A stretch of DNA of 44,042 bases from a virus. Of the stretch, positions 27,706 to 36,546 are shown piece by piece (position 1 is the stretch's first letter; each line of letters starts with the position of its first letter). Location of the stretch: positions 1 through 44,042 of IMG/VR virus record IMGVR_UViG_3300012205_000001. The stretch is one strand, 5' to 3'. The position numbers and the translations under genes were made by a program. The notes below the pieces were generated by a model. That model did not search any database, was not told where the DNA came from, and saw nothing but the letters and a program-made list of their open reading frames with translations.

Positions 27706-27737
27706 GGTCACCTGCCACCAGCAGCTACCGCGGTCAA
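27706..27737 (-). promoter_or_regulatory. Copy C of conserved 32-bp bipartite motif (TTGACC-N17-CAGGTGACC)
   Basis: TTGACCGCGGTAGCTGCTGGTGGCAGGTGACC on the minus strand, directly upstream of the putative small terminase start. Confidence 0.4.
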
Positions 27738-28073
27738 ATGCCGCCACAACTGGGGCCGCACTCTCTTGATCGCCAGTCGCGACGTCACGATGCGCATGCC
27801 GTCGACAAACTCCACCGTAATGCGGTTCGCGGCGCCATCCGGAACCCAGCCCTGCTTCTGGGCCTCATACACGACGCGGCAGAGCTGGCCCTTGCGTTGT
27901 GGCAGTACGCGTCGTAGGAACCAGCGATAGGCAAATTCCGATGCGGGCGGCGGCGCGATGGCCGCTGGGGTCAGTTTGTTTTTCCCCAAGGGGGCCATTT
28001 CTCCGGATGGAAGGTCTCCTGTGTTTCGCCCTTCTTGAGCATCCAGATCGGGCGGCCGAGCTCGAATCGCCAC
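27708..28073 (-). CDS. Hypothetical protein (probably starts internally, about 95 aa)
   Basis: Track ORF; N-terminus implausible. Overlaps 27971..28282 in another frame, so one of the two may be spurious in the overlap. Confidence 0.3.
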   Translation of the reverse strand: MAIRARPPDLDAQEGRNTGDLPSGEMAPLGKNKLTPAAIAPPPASEFAYRWFLRRVLPQRKGQLCRVVYEAQKQGWVPDGAANRITVEFVDGMRIVTSRLAIKRVRPQLWRHLTAVAAGGR

Positions 28074-28282
28074 AGGCGGCCCATCAGCATGCGCGCCGGC
28101 GGCCGGATGCAGATGTCGCTCACGGCCCGATGCGCGACTCCCATGCTGCGCTCGACCTTTTCGTCGCTCGTCATGGCGCCATGCTGGACCACAACCTTGA
28201 CGTGTCCGTGGTGCTGGCAGTCAGGGCAGGCCCAGGGCAAGAACCATTCGATCGGGCCCTTTTGCGGCATGGTGCCTACCAC
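27971..28282 (-). CDS. Hypothetical small protein with Cys/His cluster (103 aa)
   Basis: PWACPDCQHHGHVKVV suggests a metal-binding motif; stop/start is close to the upstream glycosyltransferase. Confidence 0.35.
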   Translation of the reverse strand: MVGTMPQKGPIEWFLPWACPDCQHHGHVKVVVQHGAMTSDEKVERSMGVAHRAVSDICIRPPARMLMGRLWRFELGRPIWMLKKGETQETFHPEKWPPWGKTN

Positions 28283-29148
28283 GGGATTTCACCAAAGCGA
28301 CTCAGCATCTGTCGGTGCTCCTCCTCGCTCTGCTGGCGCGCGCCAAGGTCGCCCTGAATCATCGCCATCCCGCCGGCGGGATTGGTGGTCCGGATAACGA
28401 GTGGCTCACGGTCGCCAGAATTGACGATAACTGAATGCCGAGAGATATTCTGCAGCCAGCCATGGCGGACGGTCAATGGTTGGCCATAAAAGTAAACCAC
28501 GGGCGCGTCCTCGTCTACTAGGTGCGCGCGCTTCACGCCGTGCTTGTTCGCGCGCCCCAGCCATTCGGTGTCGACGTGGAATCGAAATCCCTCGTCCATC
28601 GGGCCGATCTCGTCCCATACGGCGCGATGCATGAGCCAGCCCGACGGCGTGGCGAAGTCATTGACGCGCTGGAAGTTGCCGGCCACGTCGACCTCGCGCT
28701 GATTACTGGTCACCATGTCGACGCGGGAGAGCCACGGGATTTGTGCAGCCAGCTTTTCGGGGCACCAGATGTCATCGTCTTCCAGGAACGCCAGCACGTC
28801 GCCGGTGGATGCGCGCACAGCGGCATTGACGGCGGCAGCTTGGCCGCCCGCGCCAGCGAATACCTGCGTAACGCCCTTGAAGCGCTCAGGTAGCAGCCCT
28901 GTGTTCAGCTGATCGCGAAAGGCTTGCATACCCATCGTCGCTGCCGCGATCGGATTGGCTGCGTTGACCTTTATCGGCGAATCCATTCCCACGACGAATT
29001 CAATTTCATGTTCGCCCGCGGCCGACTGCCGGTGCACCGACATCAGCGCGCGGTCGAGATAGAGATTCCCAGTCTCGCTCATAGGATTGACCTGCAAGCG
29101 ACTAGGTGTAATGACGCTGATTTTCACCGGCACACATCCGGAATCCAA
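28276..29148 (-). CDS. Family-2-type glycosyltransferase (GT-A fold)
   Basis: N-terminal ISVITPS, then GQAAAVNAAVRASTGDVLAFLEDDDIW (nucleotide-sugar binding region with DxD-type EDDD), typical of GT2 enzymes. Confidence 0.65.
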   Translation of the reverse strand: MDSGCVPVKISVITPSRLQVNPMSETGNLYLDRALMSVHRQSAAGEHEIEFVVGMDSPIKVNAANPIAAATMGMQAFRDQLNTGLLPERFKGVTQVFAGAGGQAAAVNAAVRASTGDVLAFLEDDDIWCPEKLAAQIPWLSRVDMVTSNQREVDVAGNFQRVNDFATPSGWLMHRAVWDEIGPMDEGFRFHVDTEWLGRANKHGVKRAHLVDEDAPVVYFYGQPLTVRHGWLQNISRHSVIVNSGDREPLVIRTTNPAGGMAMIQGDLGARQQSEEEHRQMLSRFGEIPW

Positions 29149-29422
29149 TGGTCATCGTCAACGCTGGGCTGCCATGGTTCGGACGTCTCAAGACGCGGCG
29201 GGGCGCACTGAAGACAGGTACAGCCAACAGAATGCGGGGATGTCATCAGCGCGTTTTCTTTGACGGCCAGGCGCAGGCGGCCAAGTGCATGATCGATTGT
29301 GTCTGCGGGTCGCTTCTCAGCAACGGACGTTGACATATGCGGCAGCGGGCCGTCTACCGTCTGTTTGCCATGCCACCATCCATCTTGATGAGGCCATTTA
29401 CATCCAACAAATCCACACATGA

Positions 29423-30868
29423 TCATCGCTGCCGCTCCAGTTCTTCGACGTACGGTCGATAGATAATCTCTCCCTGCCGCTTGGTCACTTGGTATTCGGG
29501 CCGCGTGATGACCGTGTGGCCATCGGCCAATTCGCGGTATCCCGAATAGTGAAAAGCCACGAGCGAGCGGTTGCCGAAGTACGGAACGCCGCCCCGGACA
29601 TCAAGCGCGCGGCCATGGATCGCCCACGGGCCAAGGTTTGCTCCTGGAGCCATAACCACATGCGCGCCATGCTTTTCCGGCCACGCGTCAAGGTATTTTT
29701 GGTCGCCATAACGCAACTGCCTTTCGGGAATTGGGACCTGCTCCACACGGTCATAACACCACTCTCGGCATTGCGCCGCCCACTCTTCGACAATCTCACG
29801 ATTCGCGATATAGACGAGGCCCACATTGTATTTTCCAAATACCTCATGCGTCTCAACTGTCGGCCCCGGTAACCCGTGCGATGCGCTGGCGAAGTTGTGC
29901 GGGAACACTGCCGCAGGTGCGGCGCCAATTTCTGCAAAGACTGGCTCTGGCGATGAATGGAACATTATGTCAGCATCGACGTAACAGACGGGACGGCCGG
30001 TCGACTTCATGACCTCTGCGATCCACCACGGACCGAGCGTCCACATCGTCTCGACCCTGGTGCGTTCCGGTCCAGGCAGGATGCCGATCGTGCCCGGCAG
30101 CTGCGTCGGGCATCCAACTGATTCTGCCCAATCACGCACGCCTTCGTCCCACGACAGAATATGCAACTCGAACGGCTGGCAGTGTCGCAGCATTGAGGCG
30201 TGGAGCGCCTTGAGGCGAGTGAGATAATTGCTATCGGCATATGTGGCGTAGACGCGCGGCCGCGCACAGACATAGGTCGTCGATCCACCGTCAGCTCGGA
30301 AAAAATCGCGACCTTGGAATCCAGTCTCCGCCATCGCGGCCATGAGGTCCATATGATTGACGTCCCAGGCCCGGAACGTCTGCCCGTAGCCATGCGTCTC
30401 GGTGCGTTTTGTCGCTATCGCCAGCGGCACACGATGAAGAATCACCCAGCGTCGCGACCGCGCGCATAGATCGGCAAGATGTATCTTCCAGTCGTCGGCA
30501 TGCATGAGGGCGCAGCCGTCGATCACGACGTCAAACGAACTCGGCAATCCGCATAAATCAAATGGCGGACGATCATGGCTGGCGAAGCAAACGAATTCGC
30601 TCTCCGGGTATCGCTCGAGCGCAACCTTGATCGCCGCTGGGCTGATGTCACAGCCGCCATAGCTTCGATATGCTATCCCCTGCCGATCCAGGACCTCACG
30701 GTTGTACCCGCTCGCGCAGCCGACCTCCCATAGCTCGCCGGGGCATTGCGTGGAGCGCACCGCATCGGCCAGGGCGCGAAACTGGATCGGCAGCGGGTCT
30801 TGCTGCAGCTGCTGATCTACCAGTTCACGCTGGGCGGCGGCGATCTCAGGCAGCATCCAGGGGTTCAC
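29423..30868 (-). CDS. Two-domain protein: N-terminal class I SAM-dependent methyltransferase-like, C-terminal nucleotide-sugar transferase-like
   Basis: LWEVGCASGYN (glycine-rich motif I-like) and DVVIDGCALMH in the N-terminal half; CYVDADIMF (DxD-like) in the C-terminal half. Confidence 0.5.
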   Translation of the reverse strand: MNPWMLPEIAAAQRELVDQQLQQDPLPIQFRALADAVRSTQCPGELWEVGCASGYNREVLDRQGIAYRSYGGCDISPAAIKVALERYPESEFVCFASHDRPPFDLCGLPSSFDVVIDGCALMHADDWKIHLADLCARSRRWVILHRVPLAIATKRTETHGYGQTFRAWDVNHMDLMAAMAETGFQGRDFFRADGGSTTYVCARPRVYATYADSNYLTRLKALHASMLRHCQPFELHILSWDEGVRDWAESVGCPTQLPGTIGILPGPERTRVETMWTLGPWWIAEVMKSTGRPVCYVDADIMFHSSPEPVFAEIGAAPAAVFPHNFASASHGLPGPTVETHEVFGKYNVGLVYIANREIVEEWAAQCREWCYDRVEQVPIPERQLRYGDQKYLDAWPEKHGAHVVMAPGANLGPWAIHGRALDVRGGVPYFGNRSLVAFHYSGYRELADGHTVITRPEYQVTKRQGEIIYRPYVEELERQR

Positions 30869-31872
30869 AAACTCCTCGCCAGCTCGACGAGCCGCGGAAT
30901 GCGCGATTCATAGGTGTGCGCGAGCAGAACATCTTGGGCCGCCTTCTCATCATCACCATAAGCGGCCTTCATGATCCAATCGCGCGCGTGCGCGGCGCTG
31001 ACAAACTCATTCGGCCCCCACCAGAATTGATCGATGAAAGCTTCGCCATCGCTCACCGGCTCAGCTCCCATCCCGGCCGCTTCATAGAGTCGCATGGCAT
31101 TCGCCGCGCCCTTCGTCCATTCGGCATGGACGTTAAAGACGGTCCTTGCTCGCGCCAGCGTTTTGAAATATTCGCGCCCAAATACCGGCGGCATCACGGT
31201 GACGATATCTTTCAGCTCCTCCAGCAACTGCGTCCGGCGTACGTGGTTAGGCCCGACGGTCCCGACAAAGATGCAGGCTAAGTCACGCTGGACGCCCATG
31301 CCGCAGGCCCGCGCACGGGTATCGAACGCGAGTGGCATATATTCACCCCGACAGCCCTTCGCATGCGCTTCGTCGATCATCCAGGGAATCGATGAGATGA
31401 CCAGGTCATAGGCGGGCGATCCATCGCGCTTGCGGACATCCCATGGCATCGGATTGCAGATGGCGGCAACCTGGGCGATCCGCTTGCCCTGCCCCTTTAT
31501 CGGCATCCCATAATTGTCGAGCACGAAGGCGACGCAGTCAGGCCCATCGATCTCAAGCGCAAACGCGCCGCCCGATACATTCACTGAGGTCGCATCCTCG
31601 CCGAACTCCCGCAGATAGTGCGAATAGCTATCCAGGTGTGAGCAGAAGAACGCCTCGTGGCAATAGAGCGAATCGGCAACTAGCCATCTCATCGCGTCCT
31701 CACGAATGTCCACGCATCGGAATATGCTTCGGGCATCGCCTCGTCTCGAATGCCGAAAAACATCCGCTGCGAGTCGGCACTCGCAAAGCCGATGCATTGC
31801 CTCGCAGCGCCGTTGATTATGACGGCGGCATTTAGATGCCGACCATCGTGGTCGAGTTCGCCGGTGATCCAA
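30865..31872 (-). CDS. Glycosyltransferase-like protein (GT-B/CgeB-like C-terminal region); likely starts at internal Met near 31692
   Basis: ACIFVGTVGPNHVRRTQLLEELKDI and NAMRLYEAAGMGA resemble the C-terminal domain of group-1-type glycosyltransferases. N-terminal 60 residues are Arg/Cys-rich and overlap the upstream gene. Confidence 0.4.
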   Translation of the reverse strand: MDHRRTRPRWSASKCRRHNQRRCEAMHRLCECRLAADVFRHSRRGDARSIFRCVDIREDAMRWLVADSLYCHEAFFCSHLDSYSHYLREFGEDATSVNVSGGAFALEIDGPDCVAFVLDNYGMPIKGQGKRIAQVAAICNPMPWDVRKRDGSPAYDLVISSIPWMIDEAHAKGCRGEYMPLAFDTRARACGMGVQRDLACIFVGTVGPNHVRRTQLLEELKDIVTVMPPVFGREYFKTLARARTVFNVHAEWTKGAANAMRLYEAAGMGAEPVSDGEAFIDQFWWGPNEFVSAAHARDWIMKAAYGDDEKAAQDVLLAHTYESRIPRLVELARSL

Positions 31873-32090
31873 TAGGTCGTCTCGCCATCGGCAGTCGGCC
31901 CGATGCTCATCGAGAAATTTGGGCCTGATGCCTTGATTATGGCCCGCACCTGGACTTTCGCGGTCGCGCTATACCAGACGCCGACGAGCGGCGTGGCGAG
32001 TTGCTCCCTGGTGGCGGCCGGAATATCGTCGCCACAGCCAAATACCAGCGGCCCGCACCAAAACAAAATCATCAACATCAATGCTCTCAT
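31689..32090 (-). CDS. Secreted protein or lipoprotein (about 133 aa from MRALMLMILFWCGPLVFGCG)
   Basis: Hydrophobic signal-like N-terminus followed by Cys; track ORF 31689..32120. Confidence 0.4.
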   Translation of the reverse strand: MRALMLMILFWCGPLVFGCGDDIPAATREQLATPLVGVWYSATAKVQVRAIIKASGPNFSMSIGPTADGETTYWITGELDHDGRHLNAAVIINGAARQCIGFASADSQRMFFGIRDEAMPEAYSDAWTFVRTR

Positions 32091-32274
32091 GTTTCTCCTC
32101 CTGCGCTCGCCCCCGCGCACAAAATCACGCGCATCGATTCGGTCACCATGCAGAGCCCGCAGTCACAGCCCGATGGGCGCTGGTAGGTCTCCATGCGGGC
32201 GCTGCCGCATTCTGGGCAGTTGAGCAGGATCCCGACGGTCCGCAGATCGCAGCTTAGGCAGCAAGACATGGCGG

Positions 32275-32601
32275 TCACTCGCCACGCTCCGCGCGCTCGG
32301 CCAGCAGCGCGATCTGATGATTCACAAACCCCTCGACCACCGAGAATGCGGTGCCAGCACATTTGTCGCAGACGTCGCCGTCCGACCATTCGCAGTCCCT
32401 GTCCACGATCACCATCGCGAAACACTCGGCGCAGATGGCGTCATTGTCCTCGCCGGGTGGCTCATGGCTGGGGAACTTCTCGGCGACCTCGCGCAGGGTA
32501 GCCGCCCGCACCTCGCGGTCACGGGCTTCAATCAGCGCCGTTCCCTGAATGTCGCCTTCGCAATCGACGACGGAATCGTAAAACTCCCGCGCCGTTTTCA
32601 C
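32275..32601 (-). CDS. Hypothetical protein with C-terminal Cys cluster (108 aa)
   Basis: CAECFAMVIVDRDCEWSDGDVCDKCAG suggests a zinc-ribbon-like motif. Confidence 0.4.
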   Translation of the reverse strand: MKTAREFYDSVVDCEGDIQGTALIEARDREVRAATLREVAEKFPSHEPPGEDNDAICAECFAMVIVDRDCEWSDGDVCDKCAGTAFSVVEGFVNHQIALLAERAERGE

Positions 32602-32888
32602 AGTCCCACCTTTTCACGCCGATAGGCATCGATGGCGCGCAGCATAACTCTCGCATCTTCTGTGACAATTGCGTTAGTTCCAAATAGCTCCCGCAACTCA
32701 TCGACGATGACAGATGCCAATGCGTCGTCATCCGCCAGCCCCGGCGCGGCCCGCATGGCGGCCAGGGCTTCGGCGCTCCCGGTGGTCATGATGCCACCGC
32801 GAAATAGAGGTCGACCGCATCCAGTCGTGTCCGTTCCCGAATCTCGGCCAGCCGCGCGGCGATGCGATGTCGTTTCTGAGCAGGCCAA
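32598..32888 (-). CDS. Hypothetical protein (96 aa)
   Basis: Track ORF overlapping neighbour stop/start; no motif. Confidence 0.3.
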   Translation of the reverse strand: MACSETTSHRRAAGRDSGTDTTGCGRPLFRGGIMTTGSAEALAAMRAAPGLADDDALASVIVDELRELFGTNAIVTEDARVMLRAIDAYRREKVGL

Positions 32889-32952
32889 TGAATTCGTCTC
32901 GCCATCCTGAAGAAATGATCATAGCGCCACCAGAAATCAATTTCATTTTCGG

Positions 32953-33306
32953 TCACAGCCCAGCCCCCATCGCGACCAACTCCACGCGGCCGACGACCGC
33001 GGTGAGTAACCAGAGTCGCCCCATCCAGTTCCCGACTATCTCGCTCGCCGGCGCCGTCGTGAACCATTCCCGTTTCGCCTCCATCAGCTTGGCCAGCCGC
33101 CGCAGGCCGGTCAGCACCGTGGTATGATGGAGACCGCCGAGCGCTTGCCCAATCTCTGGCAGCGACAGACCGATAACCCTCAGCCTGAACATCGCTTCCC
33201 ACCGCACCAACACGCGGCGCCGGCAACGATTTGGCGCCAGCATCGCGCTGACCGACAGCCCATGGGAGGCGGCCACTGCCCGGACGATGGCGCGCGTGTC
33301 AGTCAT
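32953..33306 (-). CDS. DnaA C-terminal (domain IV)-like helix-turn-helix protein
   Basis: LSLPEIGQALGGLHHTTVLTGLRRL matches the conserved DnaA domain IV DNA-binding signature (S.P.IG..FG.RDHTTV). Confidence 0.5.
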   Translation of the reverse strand: MTDTRAIVRAVAASHGLSVSAMLAPNRCRRRVLVRWEAMFRLRVIGLSLPEIGQALGGLHHTTVLTGLRRLAKLMEAKREWFTTAPASEIVGNWMGRLWLLTAVVGRVELVAMGAGL

Positions 33307-34202
33307 GTCGTTCCTTTCGCGCCCGCGTGGCGCATTCGTCGCATCTCGGCCAGTTGTTCAGGCGTCATCGCCTTCGTCGGCTTGGTCAGCCATTCTGGCT
33401 CTGGTGCCGGTGGATCCTCGCGCATTGGCGGGCGCCGGAAGGCGTCGAAATTTTTCTCTAGCAGCGCGAGTGGGTGTCTCTTCTCGATGTAGAGCTTCTC
33501 GGTCGACCGCAGGTAGCGCTTGATCGCCGGCTCCAACTCGGCCAGGTCGGGTAGCCGCATCAGCGCGTCGCCGGTCGCTTGATCCCATCGCCCCTGCCGC
33601 CATGGTAGATGCCAGCGCAGCTTCCAGTGGTGTTCGTACAAGCGGAGCAGTTCGGTCGTTGTCCTGGGCGGCCTATCTCCTGCTGTTGCGTCACGCGTTG
33701 CACCGTGTCCGTCACGCGTGTCAGAAATTGGGGGAGACTCCGGATCCGGATCTTCTTTGATCTGGATCTGATCTGATCTGCTTGGGCTGACCGCGGCTGA
33801 CGATGGCTGACTCTGCTGACTTGTCCTAGACAGCTTGGCCCGTTCGCGTTGGCGGCGCTTGTTCAGCCTGTTCCCCTCGCGCCGCAAATCTTCATCGCGC
33901 ATCTCGCGGAACCGGCGATAGTTGATCAGCGTCCAGCCGCGCTCCGCGACCGCTATGCGGCGTCCTTCGTGCTCTTGGCTCCGACTGCGCCGGTCGGGTG
34001 CCAAGAACGCAGCCAGCGCGCGCTCCGTGGCCTCCAGCGACACGTTGGCGCGGCGGGCGAGACCGTCAACGCTGGCCCCAACGTAACCGGTCCCGTCGCA
34101 CATGGCCAACATCGTGATCCACACCAAGCGCGTCTCGTTGTCCTGCGACCAAATCGTCGAATCGGTGATCGACGAGAATAACTTGGTGAAGGTTTCTGAC
34201 AT
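33303..34202 (-). CDS. Hypothetical early protein, possibly replication-associated (299 aa)
   Basis: Track ORF; N-terminal globular region followed by a charged low-complexity linker; upstream of the DnaA-like gene. Confidence 0.4.
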   Translation of the reverse strand: MSETFTKLFSSITDSTIWSQDNETRLVWITMLAMCDGTGYVGASVDGLARRANVSLEATERALAAFLAPDRRSRSQEHEGRRIAVAERGWTLINYRRFREMRDEDLRREGNRLNKRRQRERAKLSRTSQQSQPSSAAVSPSRSDQIQIKEDPDPESPPISDTRDGHGATRDATAGDRPPRTTTELLRLYEHHWKLRWHLPWRQGRWDQATGDALMRLPDLAELEPAIKRYLRSTEKLYIEKRHPLALLEKNFDAFRRPPMREDPPAPEPEWLTKPTKAMTPEQLAEMRRMRHAGAKGTT

Positions 34203-34267
34203 GTCCCAGACAGTCTCAGACGATTACACGATTGGTGTCAACCGAAATCGCTGCGTCATCCCGCCAC

Positions 34268-35290
34268 CTAGCAGAAGAGCCCACGCTGCGCGGTCCGCGC
34301 GCGCGCCAGCTGCGCGTACTCGGGCGAAAGCTCGATGAGGATCCACTGCCGGCCGAGCGCCTCGGAGACCTGGCCGACGGTACCGCTGCCGCCGAACGGA
34401 TCGAGCACGATGCCGCCGGCGGGGCAGCCGGCGAGAATGCAGGTCTCGACCAGCTTGCGCGGAAAAGTCGCGAAGTGGGCGCCGCCGTAGGGCTCGGTTG
34501 CGATCGTCCAGACGGATCGCTTATTGCGCTCGTCGACCAGACCAGCGATGGCCCCCGAGAAGGAGGCGTTCTGCTTGACGCGGAAGCCGGCGCCGCGCCC
34601 GAACCGCGTCGACGGCTTGAGGCCCTGATCGTCTCGCCCTTCGTCCTTGGGGCCGGCCTTGGGGTTGACGCCGTCGCCGCGCGGATGAGCTCTGCCCGTG
34701 ACCGGCTCCTTGATCGCCGCAGCGTCGTAATAGTACCGCTCGCTCTTCGACAACAGGAACACGAACTCGTGCGCCTTCGTCGGACGATCGGTCACCGCCT
34801 CGGGCATCTGGTTTGGCTTCGACCAGATGATGTCGCAGCGCAGGTACCAGCCATCGGCCTGCAGCGCGAAGGCGACGCGCCAGGGAATGCCGACCATGTC
34901 CTTCGGCTTGAGGCCGTGGATCGGTATGCGGTTCGGCTGGGTCATCGGGCCCATGGCCGCCATCGCCGTGTGCTTGCCGGCGTGCGATCCGTCGCGCAGG
35001 GCCCGCGTCTTCTTGCGCAGGATCGCCGCGCCGGTTGCGTAGCAGTCGCCGAGGTTCAACCAGAGCGTACCGTCTGGGCGCAGCGCGCGCCGCACCTCGC
35101 GGAACACCGCCACCAGCTCGGCCATATACTCCTCGGGCGTCGCCTCGAGTCCGATCTGGTCGGCCACGCCGTAGTCGCGCAGGCCCCAGTACGGCGGGCT
35201 CGTTACCACGCAGTGGATCGAGTCGTCTGGGATCTCGCGCAGCAGAGCACGGCAGTCGCCGACGTGGATCTCGCGGGTGGCCAGCGTCAC
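34268..35290 (-). CDS. DNA methyltransferase (N6-adenine or N4-cytosine, beta-class amino-methyltransferase)
   Basis: Catalytic motif TSPPYW near the N-terminus and SAM-binding DPFGGSGT near the C-terminus, the order typical of beta-class enzymes. Confidence 0.85.
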   Translation of the reverse strand: MTLATREIHVGDCRALLREIPDDSIHCVVTSPPYWGLRDYGVADQIGLEATPEEYMAELVAVFREVRRALRPDGTLWLNLGDCYATGAAILRKKTRALRDGSHAGKHTAMAAMGPMTQPNRIPIHGLKPKDMVGIPWRVAFALQADGWYLRCDIIWSKPNQMPEAVTDRPTKAHEFVFLLSKSERYYYDAAAIKEPVTGRAHPRGDGVNPKAGPKDEGRDDQGLKPSTRFGRGAGFRVKQNASFSGAIAGLVDERNKRSVWTIATEPYGGAHFATFPRKLVETCILAGCPAGGIVLDPFGGSGTVGQVSEALGRQWILIELSPEYAQLARARTAQRGLFC

Positions 35291-35434
35291 GCGGCGCGCT
35301 CCGCGGGCCGAAGTCGCGTCATCGCGTCGATCTCCACAGTTCCCGCGCCGCCCAGTCGACGAGCCCGGCGAACGCGAGAATCGTGCACGCGCCGACGAAT
35401 AGGAGAGCGAGGAACGGGATGGGGGCGCGGGTGG

Positions 35435-36331
35435 TCAAGCCCGCATCTCCAGAAGTTCTTTCAGGATCGCCGCGATCTTTGGCCAGTATTTTTCATCCGA
35501 CGCGGCCATAGCGGCCCGATCGGCCCGAGCGGCCCGAGCGGCCCGAGCGGCCAGAGCGGCCCGATCGGCCAGAGCGGCCAGATCGGCCAGAGCGGCCCGA
35601 GCGGCCCGAGCGGCCCGATCGGCCCGAGCGGCCAGAGCGGCCAGATCGGCCAGAGCGGCCCGATCGGCCAGAGCGGCCCGAGCGGCCAGAGCGGCCCGAG
35701 CGGCCCGAGCGGCCCGAGCGGCCCGATCGGCCCGAGCGGCCAGAGCGGCCAGATCGGCCAGAGCGGCCCGATCGGCCAGAGCGGCCCGAGCGGCCCGAGC
35801 GGCCCGAGCGGCCAGATCGGCCAGAGCGGCCCGAGCGGCCAGAGCGGCCAGAGCGGCCAGAGCGGCCAGAGCGGCCCGAGCGGCCCGAGCGGCCAGAGGA
35901 GGATGCTTTCGAAGCTCTCCTGCCAACCGCGACAGTTCTCGCGTGTGTTCACTGTCGCCGTCGCAAAGCGCAACCGTCGCATCGATCGCATCGGGTAGGA
36001 TCTCGCGCAGGCCCCAGTCAACGAGACGGACCGCGCGCTTCTCCTCGATCTCATCCGTCGACCGAGAGAACAGCAGCGCTGGCCCGAACTCTGGCGCGAG
36101 ATGCTTTCTCCAAGCCGCGCTCGCGTCCTGAATGCCGACAGTGAACCCATGTAGGACCTGCGAGGCCGTCTCTGGACACGAATACAACCTCGGGTCGAGG
36201 TCGACCCATGCGCGGAATTCCTGCCATGCGCAACGGTCACCAGGCTTACCCGTGCCGCAACCCGCGCGCAGATTCAGCGAGTCAAGATACTCGGGAGTCA
36301 CGTAAGCTGGTAGCTTCTGGATCTCGGTCAT
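35435..36331 (-). CDS. Hypothetical protein with a tripeptide repeat tract A-(A/D)-(R/L) of about 130 aa
   Basis: N-terminal non-repetitive domain (MTEIQKLPAYVTPEYLDSLNLRAGCGTGKPGDRCAWQEF), then AARAALAALAALAAL...ADRAAMAAS encoded by the 9-bp repeat array, then a short C-terminal tail. Confidence 0.5.
   Translation of the reverse strand: MTEIQKLPAYVTPEYLDSLNLRAGCGTGKPGDRCAWQEFRAWVDLDPRLYSCPETASQVLHGFTVGIQDASAAWRKHLAPEFGPALLFSRSTDEIEEKRAVRLVDWGLREILPDAIDATVALCDGDSEHTRELSRLAGELRKHPPLAARAARAALAALAALAALAARAALADLAARAARAARAALADRAALADLAALAARADRAARAARAARAALAARAALADRAALADLAALAARADRAARAARAALADLAALADRAALAARAARAARADRAAMAASDEKYWPKIAAILKELLEMRA
35500..35897. repeat. 9-bp tandem repeat array (about 44 units; variants cggcccgag, cggcccgat, cggccagag, cggccagat)
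   Basis: Read directly from 35500-35897; in-frame within the gene 35435..36331. Confidence 0.85.
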
Positions 36332-36546
36332 GGGTTGGTCCTTTCGTCTTTATGGAAATTGCATCTGTCGCACGGCCAGCCGACTACCACCTTGCCAACC
36401 CGCACGGTCGCGCCCTTCGCCCGCCAAGCGGCGATGTGCTTGGCGCACAACCACTCGCAGAGATCGAACGCGTGGGTGATTTTGCAGATGCGGACCACAG
36501 TTAGAACGCGCGATTTATCTGCAGATGGCGCAGACGTCGGCTTCAT
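36328..36546 (-). CDS. Hypothetical Cys-rich small protein (72 aa)
   Basis: Track ORF; CEWLCAKH and WPCDRCNFH motifs. Confidence 0.4.
   Translation of the reverse strand: MKPTSAPSADKSRVLTVVRICKITHAFDLCEWLCAKHIAAWRAKGATVRVGKVVVGWPCDRCNFHKDERTNP

Noticed and set aside
6812-27737. Interpreting the four TTGACA-N17-CAGGTGACC motifs as standard sigma-70 promoters
   Set aside because: The position 17 nt after TTGACA holds CAGGTG rather than a TATAAT-like hexamer, and the start codon follows 5-9 nt later in three copies, leaving no room for a leader containing the Shine-Dalgarno; hence reported only as a conserved element of unknown mechanism.
34232-35998. Long plus-strand ORF (588 aa) spanning the methyltransferase and the 9-bp repeat region
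   Set aside because: Antisense to a motif-supported methyltransferase gene and to the repeat-protein gene; low-complexity Arg/Pro/Gly-rich translation typical of spurious ORFs in high-GC DNA.
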